The notes: generated by a model from the letters alone, not told the origin. Numbered from the stretch's first letter, positions 24,835 through 38,099 are shown. The stretch: 64,000 nt of DNA from Octopus bimaculoides (GCF_001194135.2 NC_068997.1:37850984-37914983); one strand, 5' to 3'. Program-made: numbers and translations.

Positions 24835-26327
24835 GCTGTATACAACAGCTAATAGTTAACAAAATGAGTTCAGAAAAAACAAAAAATCGCATAAACTTAA
24901 CAGACTGGATTACCAAAAGCATTTCGATAGTATACCTATCACTTTTCACAACGGGTTTGTGCATGTTGCATTTTCCTTGCTCAATTTCATCTCGGATCAG
25001 CCAATCCTTGCGTACATAATGTTCAGCTCTTGCTCTGGAATTCCATACGCACAGGAAGCAGCAAAATTCAGTATATCCAAGCTGAAGGCCAGTAAGCATG
25101 GCCACAACCTTAAAATCTGCACAAATATGCCAGGTATGGTCATCATACTGTATGCCTGTTAGAATTGCTTTCAGATTTTCATATGATTCTTTCATGGTTG
25201 TGCTATAAGCTATGGAAACAGAAGGCAGAGTATTACCATTGCGTAGTAGAACAGCTTTGATACTGTCCTTGGATGCATCTATGAAAAGTCGCCAGTCGGT
25301 TTTATCATATGGTATTTCCAGTTGCTCAAAAAGTTCAGTGATGTCATTACAAAGGCATAAATCATCCTTCATGGTGAATAATGCAAGTAAATCCTCTGTA
25401 CGCATTCTGTACAGTGTTATCTTCACTCCTTTCTCAAGAAGATTACGTTCTTGAAGCCTTGATGCCAGAAACTCCCTTTTCTCTTTGGTTAAATAGAGAT
25501 CCCTGCACAAGTCATTCAGAGCCTCTTGAGAAAATGGTATTGGTTTCTTCTCGCTTTCTGGATCATTGGGCTCCACACATTCACCACTGGAATGTTCATC
25601 AGCACTGTTGGAACTCTGCATTTCTTCATCTGGAGTTTTGGAGACAGGTAAATTTTCTAAGTGCTCTACTGGGTGCATTGCTGATTGCAAATTTTGGTAA
25701 ACAATGTGTTTCTTTTTCTTTGCTGTAGTACAGCCTGTAAAGTCATGGTGACAGAAATAGCAATCATTAGAGTGATCTTTCTGCTCACGCCAAATCCTTG
25801 GCACACCAAACTTCATGTGAACATTTTTTCTGCATACCAGGCACTCAATGTCTTCACACATGTAAGGCAACACACATGAGGAGCCTATTACTTATCCTGG
25901 TCTCCTAAGTAATAATCGAAGTACGCCTTGTATAAATTTTTGATATGGCGTGTAACACTGCGCTTTTCTTTAGCAAAAGTCAATTCCCCACAGATATAAC
26001 AGAATCTGTTTGGATCATTTTTGCACTGTCTTGCACTCATTGTTGTAAACAAATAAGATCTGAAAGATAAAAACTAACATTAAACACGAGCTTTGAATCA
26101 CATTGTAGGTGTTACTAAGATTAGTCTCTAGCCCTGGGTTGAAATCCATTTTACAATGCGGTAGAAAATTTTATTTAATAATAATGACAAAAAGGGTATA
26201 CAGTGACAATTCTGAAGAAACCATGCTTAATTCAATAAAAGAAAAAGGTCAGAAATGGATTTCCTATGTCATTTTGCATATAAAAATGGCTACAGATCTC
26301 TTGTACTTTTATGAGTGTTGCACAGTG
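24835..26327 (-). mobile_element. Chapaev3-like (CMC) DNA transposon, internally deleted
   Basis: N-terminal CKNDPNRFCYICG...LGDQDK, FGVPRIWREQKDHSNDCYFC, DWRLFIDASKDSIKAVLL, WHICADFKVVAMLTGLQLGYTEFCCFLCVWNSRAR. CACTG terminus at 26327. The superfamily name is from my recall of the motifs. Confidence 0.75.
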
Positions 26328-26328
26328 T

Positions 26329-26564
26329 GGAGCAACAGGATACATAACAACACCCCTGGAGCAAAGAACGGCTGAGCTTGGAATCTTGGTGAGCGAATGC
26401 AAATCCTTAATTCATACGCTAAAAATAATCACGATATCTGGGACTATAAAAATCTGCAAGACCTTAAAATTCAAAGAGTGATAGTTAAATCAAGATACTT
26501 TCCTTCCCAAACTTGCTACCAAGTCGGTGGCCAGTCAAAATTTACTGTAAATTAAAAAGAGAAA
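26329..26564 (+). mobile_element. R4-clade 3' fragment ending in (ACAT)n
   Basis: GATGYITTPLEQRTAELGILVSECKSLIHTLKIITISGTIKICKTLKF* (R4 C-terminus), a short 3' UTR, then (ACAT)n. Confidence 0.7.
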
Positions 26565-26697
26565 ACATACATACATACATACATACATACAGACAGACAT
26601 ACAGACAGACAGACAGACAGACATACACACACACATACATACATACATACATACATACATGCATACATGCATACATACATACATACATACATACATG
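26565..26697. repeat. (ACAT)n/(ACAG)n compound microsatellite
   Basis: Visible tetranucleotide run. Confidence 0.95.
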
Positions 26698-27891
26698 CAT
26701 TGGAAGCGACAAGTCGCGTATTTGGCGTGGGATACTATTTATCGAAAATACGATGAATACTATCCCCAACTTTGAAACCACAACTATCAGCGCTGTTAAG
26801 TAACTGGTGAATCTTCAGATGAATTAACTGAGAGATACTTTTATCCATGATTGTAATGATTTAGGACTGAAACTTGAATTTACCACGCAGAGAGTTACTA
26901 CAAACAACATGACTGGACACATGATCAACAACACAACCAAGGAACAAAACGAAAACAACAGCTCAACAGATAAACAGATTCTTTCTAGCTGTAGAAGAAA
27001 CCATAATTTCAAAACTCATTTCTCTTGGAATTATGAATTGAATACTGATCTATTTAACTGCTTCAAAAAAGCGAAACAAAACTCTGCTGTTGGCTATATG
27101 AATCAACTGAAGTCATGTTGGGACGATCTGCACCAAGAATTAAATCATTTTACTGTGAAGGAATTACGCCAACAAGCAACATTTGTGGAACGTAAGAAGA
27201 AGGTTCGTGACTGTAACTTTATTAAAAAAAGACCTGAAATCAGTCTTCTTCCCAACTAAACAGTCCCCCTACTACGACTATGGTAAATAGCATGCAGAAT
27301 CCAACGATTATTGTTGTAGTAGTAATTGTAGCAAGGGTTATATATCGGTGAAATGTGCCCTTACTGAAATTTTCCGAGAAAAAATAGCTTTGGTTCTGAA
27401 GCACTCTCTTAAGGAGAGAGTATTCTCTACCAAAGTAAAAAAAAAAATACCAGATACGGTACTAAAATCTGTTAACGAAATTGGAGAGGAATATTTACAG
27501 CAGTGTAATGAACCTACATTCTGGCAGATTAACGCCTGTCTCTATGCTCTGTCTACTACTGCAAAGAAGTACATGAATGACATTCAAAAAGTGTACAAAG
27601 ACGCAGGAGTGGCTGTGTGGTAAGTAGCTTGCTTACCAACCACATGGTTCCAGGTTCAGTCCCACTGCGGGGCATCTTGGGAAAATGTCTTCTACTATAG
27701 CCTAGGGCCGACCAAAGCCTTGTGAGTGGATTTGGTAGACGGAAACTGAAAGAAGCCCGTCGTATATATGTATATGTATATNNNNNNNNNNNNNNNNNNN
27801 NNNNNNNNNNNNNNNNNNNNNNNNNNNNNNNNNNNNNNNNNNNNNNNNNNNNNNNNNNNNNNNNNNNNNNNNNNNNNNNNNNNNNNNNTAC

Positions 27892-27937
<46 letters not shown>

Positions 27938-30927
27938 TTGTCTGTGTTTGTCCCCCTAGCATTGCTTGACAACCGATGCTGGTGTGTTTATGTCCCCGTC
28001 ACTTAGCGGTTCGGCAAAAAGAGACAAAGAATAAGTCCCGGGGCTGACTTGCTCGACTAAAGACGGTGCTCCAGCGTGGCCGCAGTCAAATGACTGAAAC
28101 AAGTAAAAGAGTAAAAGAGTAAAACCAAAACAACAAAGAAAGTACCATCATGGTTTTTGAAGACAAAGAAAAAGATACCTGATTTACGGAAGACCATCAA
28201 CAATGTAATGATGTTTATTGCGTGCAAACAAGCAAATCATTATACCTCTCACCAACAAAAAGTGAAAAAGGAGAAAAATCATGATGTTTGGAGACAGCAA
28301 AAAGAGGACACTCACTTGCAAACTGATCACACTCAAGCAGGAGCTAAAATCTGTCAGTGAAAAACTCCGACATCAGAAGAGAATAACCAAGAGAAAAACA
28401 GTAAATAAAAAATTTCACCAGAACCAGGCAGCAGTATAGAGACACGAGGGGAGAAGCAGTGAACATCAGAGAAGCTCCTTCACGAGAAGACAGACTCCTT
28501 TTGGAGGAAAATCTGGAGTGAACAGAAGGAGATTAACCAAGATGCTCTGTGGCTGAAAGAAATCCGAAAAAGTTATTATCCCTGCATTACACCCAAGACA
28601 TACAGGATGGATGGTGATATTCATGTAAGTGTAATCAAGAAACCCCAGGATGGAAAAGCACCCGGAAAGATACTTGATTCTTGGATATTTGTACAAGATG
28701 GTAACCTTCACCCGTCCATTTCTTATCAACCTGTACCAACAATGGGTACAATAGCATACCACACTGGTTAGCCCTGGCAGTGACAAAATTGATCTTCCAG
28801 TGCAGAACCACCCACATAACAAAAGACTACCGGCCAGTTGCATGGCAGAACTTAATATATGATATACACAGCATGCTTAAACCTCTTCTTCCAAGACCAT
28901 TATGAAACCAGTAATATCATCACAACAGAACGAGCAGCTGGGAAGAAGTGAGTCTGACGATGTGCCGAGCAATTGTTAATAAAAAAAACTGTGGTGTCAG
29001 AGGTGCAGGAGCACAGGAGGAACCTAGTATCAATGTGGCTAGACTACAAGAAATTTTTGACTTTGTTCCCCACTCATGGATGCTAGAAGCCCTTCAACTT
29101 GCTAAAGTTCCAGTGAGAATAGTCAAAGCCATAGCCGACCTGATTCATCGTGGGTCACCATTTTGAAATTAAACACAAAGAGTGGCTGTATAATCACTGA
29201 TAGAATACAGTATCACAGAGGCATATTCCAAGGGGACAGCCTCTCTGTGATGTTGTTTATACTTTCTGTAAATCCTTTGTCATTCATGTTAAGAAAGTCT
29301 GAAGGATATCTCACTGGTTCACAAGCAAACGAAAATACCAAAAGTACCCACTGCTCGAGATGAAAAAGAGCCTTGACCTGGTTACAACATTCTCAAAGGA
29401 TATAGGCTGGAGTTTGGTCAGGATTAATTTTGTTATATGGTTGTGAAAAGGTGGGGAAACTGTAAACCAAACTAGTAACATCTCCATCAATGACTTGACT
29501 GTTTCCTTTGTATCTAATGAGGAATGCTGCATGTATCTAGGGATGGATGAAAAGATATCTTACAATGTCACCTGTAATAAAACGCATGGCACTCAAGAAT
29601 ATTACAACCGAATAAAGAAACTTTGGACCTCGGAATTCTCTGCATTCAATAAAACAGTGACCTACAATATATTTGCAGTGCCAGTATTCTTACCAACATT
29701 TGCATTTAGGTTGCTTGATTGGACGCTTGATAAGATCCGAGCTATTGATGTGAAAACCCAGAAAATACTAACTAGCACACAATTTCTCCATAAACAGTGA
29801 TGTAGATCGTCTCTACCTAAAACGAACACAAGGCGGCAGAGGTTTAACATCAATCCAAAGTGCCTTTGAATGTCGTATCATATCCCTTCGGAAACATCTT
29901 TTAGCCACCAAGTGTTGAAATGCATCCCATGACCAACTTTTCATACATGAGGCTGATAACATCATAAGACTTGGAAGGCAACTCCTTGAACAGCATTCCC
30001 TGTCTGATAACCTTAAATATATGCCCAAAGAAGTCGCACGACTCTACCGCAACGTATCTTCAGATGACAGGATAAGCATATATGAGCAGAAGATTGTGCA
30101 TGGATGTGTTAGTAGAATGTTCCGCGATGACAGTAACATGGATCATGAAAGCCGTTTATCATGGATCAACAACCGGATTACTACCTTCCACTTTGAAGGG
30201 TATGCGTTTTCAATCCAGGAATAGGAAATATCAATCAAATACCTGATGCACAAAAGATACAGAAGTGCAGGAAAAGCAGTAAAGTGTGAGAACCGATGCA
30301 GACTTTGTGGAATTGACATCGAATATATCAATCATATCATACGCAGTTGTCCAAAAATGTTATCACAGTATTAACTACCGATGAGACATGATGTAGCTAG
30401 GACACAATATAACGAGCTCCGTCGAAAGGATAACCCCGAGGACAAAGAAATAAGAACCTACAGTATGGTGGAAGCCAAAGCCACTCAAAATAAAAAGCAG
30501 TACTGGTGGAATGCCCCAGTGAAAACGCAAATAAAATGTAAACACAACAGACCTGTTATAATGATTTGGAATAGAGAAGAGAAACTATATACAATTGTGG
30601 AAATCAGCTGCTCAGCGAATGTTAACATGAAGCTGGAGATCAGTGAAAAGGAGAATATCCACGATGAACTATTGAGAAATCTGCAGTTACTCTATCCAGA
30701 TTACAAGTTCACGTCTTAATTGAGGCACTGGGATATACAACACGATGCCTAAATACCAATCTTGAGAATGTTAGGCTTCTGAAAACCAGAAAGGAGAAAC
30801 CTGATTCGAATACTACAGATCCAATCCATCACTGCAACTGTACATATAAGTATATATCAGCATGTCTACATATGCAAATATATGCATGAGAAGACATACA
30901 TGAAACAAAATATACAAATCTGCACGT
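26698..30927 (+). mobile_element. Near-full-length R4-clade retrotransposon flanked by (ACAT)n, pseudogenised, interrupted by a SINE
   Basis: N-terminal FSWNYELNTDLFNCFKKAKQNSAVGYMNQLKSCWD, RT RGIFQGDSLSVMLFILSVNPL, GGRGLTSI, CRLCGIDIEYINHIIRSCP, RLE KHNRPVIMIW..TIVEISC, C-terminal LQIQSITAT. Confidence 0.9.
27598..28125 (+). mobile_element. SINE family 1 inserted in the R4 element
   Basis: gacgcaggagtggctgtgtggtaagtagcttgc ... gtcaaatgactgaaacaagtaaaagagtaaaagag. Confidence 0.9.
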
Positions 30928-31015
30928 ATACATACATACATACATACATACATACATACATACATACATACATACACACATAGATACATACATGCATACA
31001 TACAAACATACATGT
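30928..31015. repeat. (ATAC)n microsatellite at the R4 3' end
   Basis: Visible run directly after the 3' UTR. Confidence 0.95.
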
Positions 31016-31099
31016 GTACACTTAACGCTGTTCACAGGTAGATTCAGCACGACACAGAATGTAACAAGGATGATATAATTGTACAATTATATTTTAGTA

Positions 31100-31700
31100 T
31101 AATGGGTGTTATGTCCGTCTGTTCGTTTGTCTGTTTGTTCCCTCTTCACGATCAAACGGCTGGACCAATTGTCACGATGTTTTTCAGGATTACAAAGGAG
31201 ACAATCAGGAAGGGTTTTAGCAGGAAAAAAAAATGTGCAAAAGTATGATTATTTAGTAGATATTGAGTTTTGTATTAATAAATCACCTTTGATATTTCTT
31301 GTTAAAATCCCAGCGACGAAGATTAACTCTGGATTTCCACGCCGTATATTTCGTGAACATACAGGGTTTAGACTTGCGATACTACCCCATTATTTCACAT
31401 CGTAGATAGGTAGATTTGCTATCTTACTGTAACGGGCGTTATTTCCGTCTCTCCGTCTCTTTCTCTGTTCCCGCTTCACGGCCAGACGGCTGGACCAATG
31501 GTTACGATACTTTTCGGGAAGGTTTTTAGCATTAAAAAAAATTCAGAAAGTATAATTATTTCATGGATATCGATTTTTGAATTGATAAACCACCCTCGCA
31601 TTTTTATTAAAAATATACCGGCCACGAGTAACTCTGGATTTTCATCGTATAGTTCGTGGCTTCATCGTAGTTACGAAGCGGATCGCGAGGACGCTTAATA
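31100..31700 (+). mobile_element. HINE-like element with two tandem core units
   Basis: The unit tccgtct...ttccc(t/g)cttcacg...acggctggaccaat occurs at about 31112 and 31444, each followed by related actctggattt...cgtata segments. The 3' end is gcgaagcggatcgcg. Confidence 0.45.
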
Positions 31701-32632
31701 GCGATAATAAAATGAAAAAAGTGTGTATAAGTATATATATATATAGTGTGTGTGTGTGTGTGTGATTATTTAGTGGTTATTGATGTGTGTCAGTCCCGAG
31801 CAGAATTCGAAACGCCTAATCGAAGCGGCTGTTGTTTACAATTTTGTCAATCAAAATAACCTATGGTACTAGAACATCCAGACATTATTTGAATAGAACA
31901 GTGAGAAGTAGGTCTTAGTTTGATCTTTTGCAACCCTAAAGATCCCGCTCGCGCATTCACAGCAAAAAGGCACAGGACCAGACTTTAGATAGTGTCGGTG
32001 TATATTTACCCACTCCGATGCTTACATGGACAATTATACCTCGCTATGAGTAGAGCAACGGACACCAGTAATTTGAAACTCAGTGTCGACCAAACGGAAA
32101 TTATCATCTACAAAGAAGTTTTGTAATCATATTGATATTATCGAAAGGAATATTGTTCATAATTTAAATTTGTGAACTTTGAATATATAAAAGTATAAAC
32201 AAGCGTAAAATACTGTAAACAACTAAAATAAAAGTATAAATAATATTTTTTCTTAATATTTTTTATGTAGTGGTCGAAGGAAGCCCTGGCTATCGTTAGG
32301 AGTGGTTCACATAACCATTCATGATACAAAGGCTGGGAGCCTATTTCAGTTCGGGAGTGAATCGTCATCACATGCTACTTAGTCGCAAATACATGTCATA
32401 TAGCTGCAAGAGCTGTATCACCACCAATAATGTAACATCCCCCAGTAATCAATCAAGTCCATTTACACATTTCTCAATACGTACTGCTGTTGTGACTGTC
32501 TTTCCTCATCGTAGATTCGCTAGTTTGTATAATTACATTGTACAATGCATTTTTGCCAACCGAGTGCTAAATGGAATGGAACAACAGTCATACGTTTATG
32601 TGTGTGTATATGTGTGTGTGTGTGTGAATGTG

Positions 32633-32706
<74 letters not shown>

Positions 32707-32820
32707 TATGTACGTACATAAATACTCATATGTATATATATTTGTATAACCATGCGATATATATTACATACGCACACGAATGTACATACAAATAAATATA
32801 GAAATGTGTGTGCGTGTGTG

Positions 32821-32859
<39 letters not shown>

Positions 32860-33194
32860 NNNNNNNNNNNNNNNNNNNNNNNNNNNNNNNNNNNNNNNNN
32901 NNNNNNNNNNNNNNNNNNNNNNNNNNNNNNNNNNNNNNNNNNNNNNNNNNNNNNNNNNNNNNNNNNNNNNNNNNNNNNNNNNNNNNNNNNNNNNNNNNNN
33001 NNNNNNNNNNNNNNNNNNNNNNNNNNNNNNNNNNNNNNNNNNNNNNNNNNNNNNNNNNNNNNNNNNNNNNNNNNNNNNNNNNNNNNNNNNNNNNNNNNNN
33101 NNNNNNNNNNNNNNNNNNNNNNNNNNNNNNNNNNNNNNNNNNNNNNNNNNNNNNNNNNNNNNNNNATATATATATATATATATATATACACACA

Positions 33195-33523
33195 AAATTA
33201 GGGAATGGAGTAGATAAAATTCAGGCTACATGTGTTTCATAGCTAGCAGAAGCTCGGAAGTAATAATTACCTCGACGAGGGGTAATCCGGTAGCTACTCG
33301 TCAGGCCGAAGACAGTTTAATGAAATGAAGTTTACATTGTCGTCGAGGGATCCTCGAATCTCCTGCGACTTAATATGGGATCTCTAGACGACAATGTAAA
33401 CTTCATTAGATTAAGGTATCTTTGGTCCGACGATTACCCTTCGTTGGGTAATTACTACTACCGAAGTACTGCTGGCTATGAAACATATGTAGCCTGGATT
33501 TTATCTACTTCATTCACTCATTT
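33195..33523. repeat. Imperfect long inverted repeat (MITE-like), arms about 146-159 bp, 24-nt spacer
   Basis: 33195-33353 is roughly the reverse complement of 33378-33523 (agtagataaaat.caggctaca.. and atgaagtttacattgtcgtc shared). One internal indel. Confidence 0.85.
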
Positions 33524-33756
33524 GGGATTTTTATTCGCATACACGACAATCCCAGCTGCTAACAATGAACAATTAAATAACTTTTTTCAACTTATCGAAC
33601 TTCGAAATGGGAAAAATTTACAATCCTCTCCGTCATTAAATCACTATTGTCCCTGAAGGTTGTTTTTTTATACCTTCTACGGACTGCTAGAAGTTTACTA
33701 ACTTCCTACACCTCGATCCTTGGATCTTACTTTTACTTATATACATAGTAGTTACG

Positions 33757-33788
<32 letters not shown>

Positions 33789-33847
33789 TGTATGTATGTA
33801 TGTATGTATATAGATCGGNNNNNNNNNNTATATATATATATAGTAAT

Positions 33848-33886
<39 letters not shown>

Positions 33887-34519
33887 ATGTGTGTGTAGTA
33901 ATTACACAAACGTATCTATACACGCACATACACACACATATATAAATATGTATGTATGCGTGTATATTTGTGTATCTATACATAAAACGTAGTTATTAAA
34001 TCAGATATAATCTAATTTAGCATCACAGAAGTTAGGCTTTATTGGCGGGTTCTGGTATACATAATATATTTGATAAAATATACAGCATTATACGTTTCCC
34101 TATGAATATCGAATCAGATTACGTCTGGTTTAGATATGTAATTGCAAAACTATTCTACTCTCATTTTCGAACTTTATAGTACTTCATAAAATTCAAATAT
34201 TACCTGATCATAAAGTATTTTCCTCATCTTATATTAAGGCATATTTTTATACATTTGTAATCATTTTCCAGGTTGGGGTTCAATTTAAATTAATTCTAAA
34301 CTTTTGTTTTCACTTTTCGTTATATTTTGTTAGAATTAAATAAAACTAAACAGTATTAAAAAGGTGACAGCCATTTTCTCCTTTTAGTTTGAACCAAATA
34401 GACACCATATTTATAAGGGAGAGAAAGTATTTTGTGATGTTTATTCTGTGTCTATTGGACATTTACGTCGTAGGTGACGTGAAATACTATCTTTAAACAA
34501 TAACCTATTACAACAGAAA

Positions 34520-34650
34520 TGACTGAGAACCCGCCTCAACAGCTCACAGTATTTCGTTACGTCGATTGATGTTCTACGTTCAAATTCGATGAGATTGGTT
34601 TTAAGTTTCATCCTTTTATGAACATGTACCTTCTCAACACGTACTTGGTC
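34520..34650 (+). mobile_element. Highly degenerate SINE family 2
   Basis: gtatttcg...ttctacgttcaaattc...tttcatcctttt resembles the family 2 head and core. Confidence 0.3.
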
Positions 34651-36232
34651 TTGTGTTAAAATTAATTATCAATATTAACCCTCTATAATGGAAATATTGC
34701 TCCTACATCAGAAATGAGCGTAACGAAAATTCAATTACCGCTGAGTCCGGTTCAGTTTGGGCAGGCCTGATTATAGAAACGTAGAAAATGAAATATTTTT
34801 TTTTCTAAACAATCTCCTTTCTGAAAGTCTTTCATTATCTTATACTGATGTTTTTATTGCAGTTCGATGAACGAAACTTTTAAAAATTTAAATAAATCTT
34901 TGAATTTCCTGTTGATAATGAATAATGTTGAGGATGATAATACCATTGAATTTCTTTTGGAATATAATCATATTTCTTGAACGATGTATTTCGTTCATGT
35001 CGGAGTGAGAACAAAGTAACTTATATTGGTTTGGATAATTGAGACGCCAGTTACTTATTGTGAATGACATTTAAAGGTTAATCATTGCTAAACAATAACA
35101 CTAATATTTATGAGATATCACTCTATGAAATTATTTCACGTTGGTGTGGGGTAGTGTAATGGGATGTTTTCAAATCAAGTGTTACAGAAGTAAATCGCTA
35201 AACGATTATGTCATTTTCCAGGTAATCGATTAAAGTTTGTCTTATACAACTCCATTAAAAATACATCAAATTTTACTCTCATTGTAGTGTGTTTGAGTCT
35301 TATTCTATACGATGAAATTTAATAAGCGACATTTTGTTTAAAAGAACATAACAGTCTAATATTTAGTTAATTAATTATACAAACTGGAATTTGAAAGGTA
35401 AGAAATCAATTTAGTATTGAATATATAAAAGTGTGTCACCAGTAATTTTATAATTTATGAGATTTAATAAAAAATTTTCGTCAATTTGTTTGTGGCGATC
35501 TCATATTATAAAAAATTAAAACAATAAAAATGTTACCTCATATAATAATAGAAAATCTTTTCGTAAGAAAAATCCACTTAATCCAGCGTAGGATCCTGTT
35601 TAAGATTGTCAGTGGGTTCGCAAAAATTTTAAGAATCCTCAAAAGTAAACACGATTACCAGGAAAAATGCGCGCTGGAGATAAACGAAGATAGGATTGGT
35701 CGTTAGGCGTGTGTTCCACTACTAAATACCTTTTTTATGATGATACATAAACGGGTAGACGGTAACAAAACCCGTCGAAAAATATTTCAATTTGGCAATA
35801 TAAAAGCTTCAGTCAAGGGTATAAGCAAAACAAAGAGATCACACCAACAAGTATCACATGTCGATGTGTATGGAAATAAGGTCATTACTGCAGTCGATAT
35901 ATGTAATAGAAAACGCTACTGATTTTGGAGTAGGGGGAGGTGGCTTGTAAAGCTATAACAATTACATTCAGAAACACACATTGAAAGTTGTTTGCGTCGG
36001 TGTATAAACATATGTACACACACACACACACACACACTTACGGTGTGTGTGTGTGTGCGTGCGTGTGTGTGTGTGCGTGCGTGCGTGTGTGTGTGTCTGT
36101 GTACGCGTTTGTGTGTTTGTGTGTGTCTGTGTATGTTTATGCGTTTGTGTGTGTACTACCGCTAACATGCTACCTTAAAGATAGTGGTTTCCTAATGACA
36201 AGTGGGTTCTGATATACAGATTATACATATAC

Positions 36233-37580
36233 AGGGTGCGATGGGTAAATTGTCAACATTTCATATTATTTATTTCGCACATGCGCATTGTTTGTATTTG
36301 ATTTTGCCGACTACACAGTATGTTAGGGTCAGTTGGGCACCGTCTATGAGAAAAACAGCACCATGACACAATTCATTCTGCCAGAAATTTAGAAACGACA
36401 TGCTGTACTACTTGGCATTCGCGCCGAAAGCTCCAATACAAACATTTCAGAGTGTTTGTGTGTCAATCTGAGGACAGTGCAATCTGAGGACAGTGCAATC
36501 TGAGGACAGTGCAATCTGAGGAAAGTGCAATCTGAGGACAGTGCAATCTGAGGATAGTGCAATCTGAGGACAGTGCAATCTGAGGACAGCGCAATCTGAG
36601 GACAGCGCAATCTGAGGACAGTGCAATCTGAGGACAGTGCAATCTGAGGACAGTGCAATCTGAGGAAAGTGCAATCTGAGGACAGTGCAATCTGAGGACA
36701 GTGCAATCTGAGGACAGTGCAATCTGAGGATAGTGCAATCTGAGGACAGTGCAATCTGAGGACAGTGCAATCTGAGGACAGTGCAATCTGAGGATAGTGC
36801 AATCTGAGGACAGTGCAATCTGAGGATAGTGCAATCTGAGGACAGTGCAATCTGAGGACAGTGCAATCTGAGGATAGTGCAATCTGAGGATAGTGCAATC
36901 TGAGGATAGTGCAATCTGAGGACAGTGCAATCTGAGGATAGTGCAATCTGAGGACAGTGCAATCTGAGGACAGTGCAATCTGAGGACATGTACCAAGAGT
37001 GATAAAAATCGAACATCCTGTCAACATCGTGGTGTTTGAAATGATCACTAGAGATGGCGACTTTATGCCTCCATTCATCTTCCCACACGGCTTCAGATTC
37101 AACATGGAGGCCTACATCAAGTGCTTGGAGGAGGCATGCTTCCCTGGGTCAAGAGGGTGGCTGCTACAAGGCTCTTCACCATGCCGCACAAGCAAGACAA
37201 CCCAGTCATGGCTGTCAGACAATTTCTGTGACCACATCACCCCCAATATCTGACCACGTAACTCCCCAGAATGCAACCCCCTTGATTACAGTTGATACAG
37301 TTGAGCGAGAGACCAACAAAACTCCTTGTAACAACAAAGATGAACTAAAGGCAATTTATTTAGCAGCATTCACCAACCTAAACAAGTGTTCAAAAGAGTT
37401 GCAGGAGATTCCAAAGTCGCCCGGAGGCCGTGGTAAAAGCCAATGGCGATTTTATTGAATAAATTTTCTCTTTAGTATTTCAAGATATCTATGTAATTTT
37501 GGCAAATATATCTGTTAAAATGAGATGTCAGTGTTGTTTTCATTTTTGAGTAATTGAGTAATTTAGACGACAGTTTATTC
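36233..37580 (+). mobile_element. Tc1/mariner-superfamily element (DD37D/maT-like) with its central region replaced by a minisatellite
   Basis: TA followed by a cagggtgcgatgggtaaattgtc terminus. N-terminal KRHAVLLGIRAESSNTNISECLCVNLRTVQ, resuming VPRVIKIEHPVNIVVFEMITRDGDFMPPFIFPHGFRFNMEAYIKCLEE. The 3' end is lost in a gap. Confidence 0.7.
36465..36988. repeat. 16-bp minisatellite (aatctgaggacagtgc), about 32.75 copies
   Basis: Exact 16-bp phase at 36465, 36481, 36721 and 36961. Variants are gat/gaa at positions 9-11 and agcgc. Confidence 0.97.
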
Positions 37581-38099
37581 NNNNNNNNNNNNNNNNNNNN
37601 NNNNNNNNNNNNNNNNNNNNNNNNNNNNNNNNNNNNNNNNNNNNNNNNNNNNNNNNNNNNNNNNNNNNNNNNNNNNNNNNNNNNNNNNNNNNNNNNNNNN
37701 NNNNNNNNNNNNNNNNNNNNNNNNNNNNNNNNNNNNNNNNNNNNNNNNNNNNNNNNNNNNNNNNNNNNNNNNNNNNNNNNNNNATATATATACATTTCCA
37801 ACTTCTCTTGGAAGCAGCTTTTCCATACCACGACACCCTGGTCACCAGTGGATTTAATGATAAAATTAGTTACACACGACCTTAACCTTACATAGAGAAA
37901 ACACCACCGGAAAGTTTTATATTTCACTTCATCTTTCCTTTAGCATAAAAACTTGTGAAGGTAGGATCTTTCATAACCTAGTCGATAAACACTACCCTGC
38001 ATAGCATAAATGCATAAAAGTATTTTGCAGATATATCTTATGTATTTCTTTCAACTGTGTACCTAGTATCAAGAAAAATTAGTAAGTAAGCCCATACCC

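Noticed and set aside
36465-36988. CRISPR-like regular array
   Set aside because: The units are head-to-tail with no unique spacers, there are no cas genes, and the context is eukaryotic.
36389-37105. Repetitive ORFs (LRLHCPQIALSSDCTV)n
   Set aside because: These are translations of the 16-bp minisatellite on the antisense strand, not a repeat protein.
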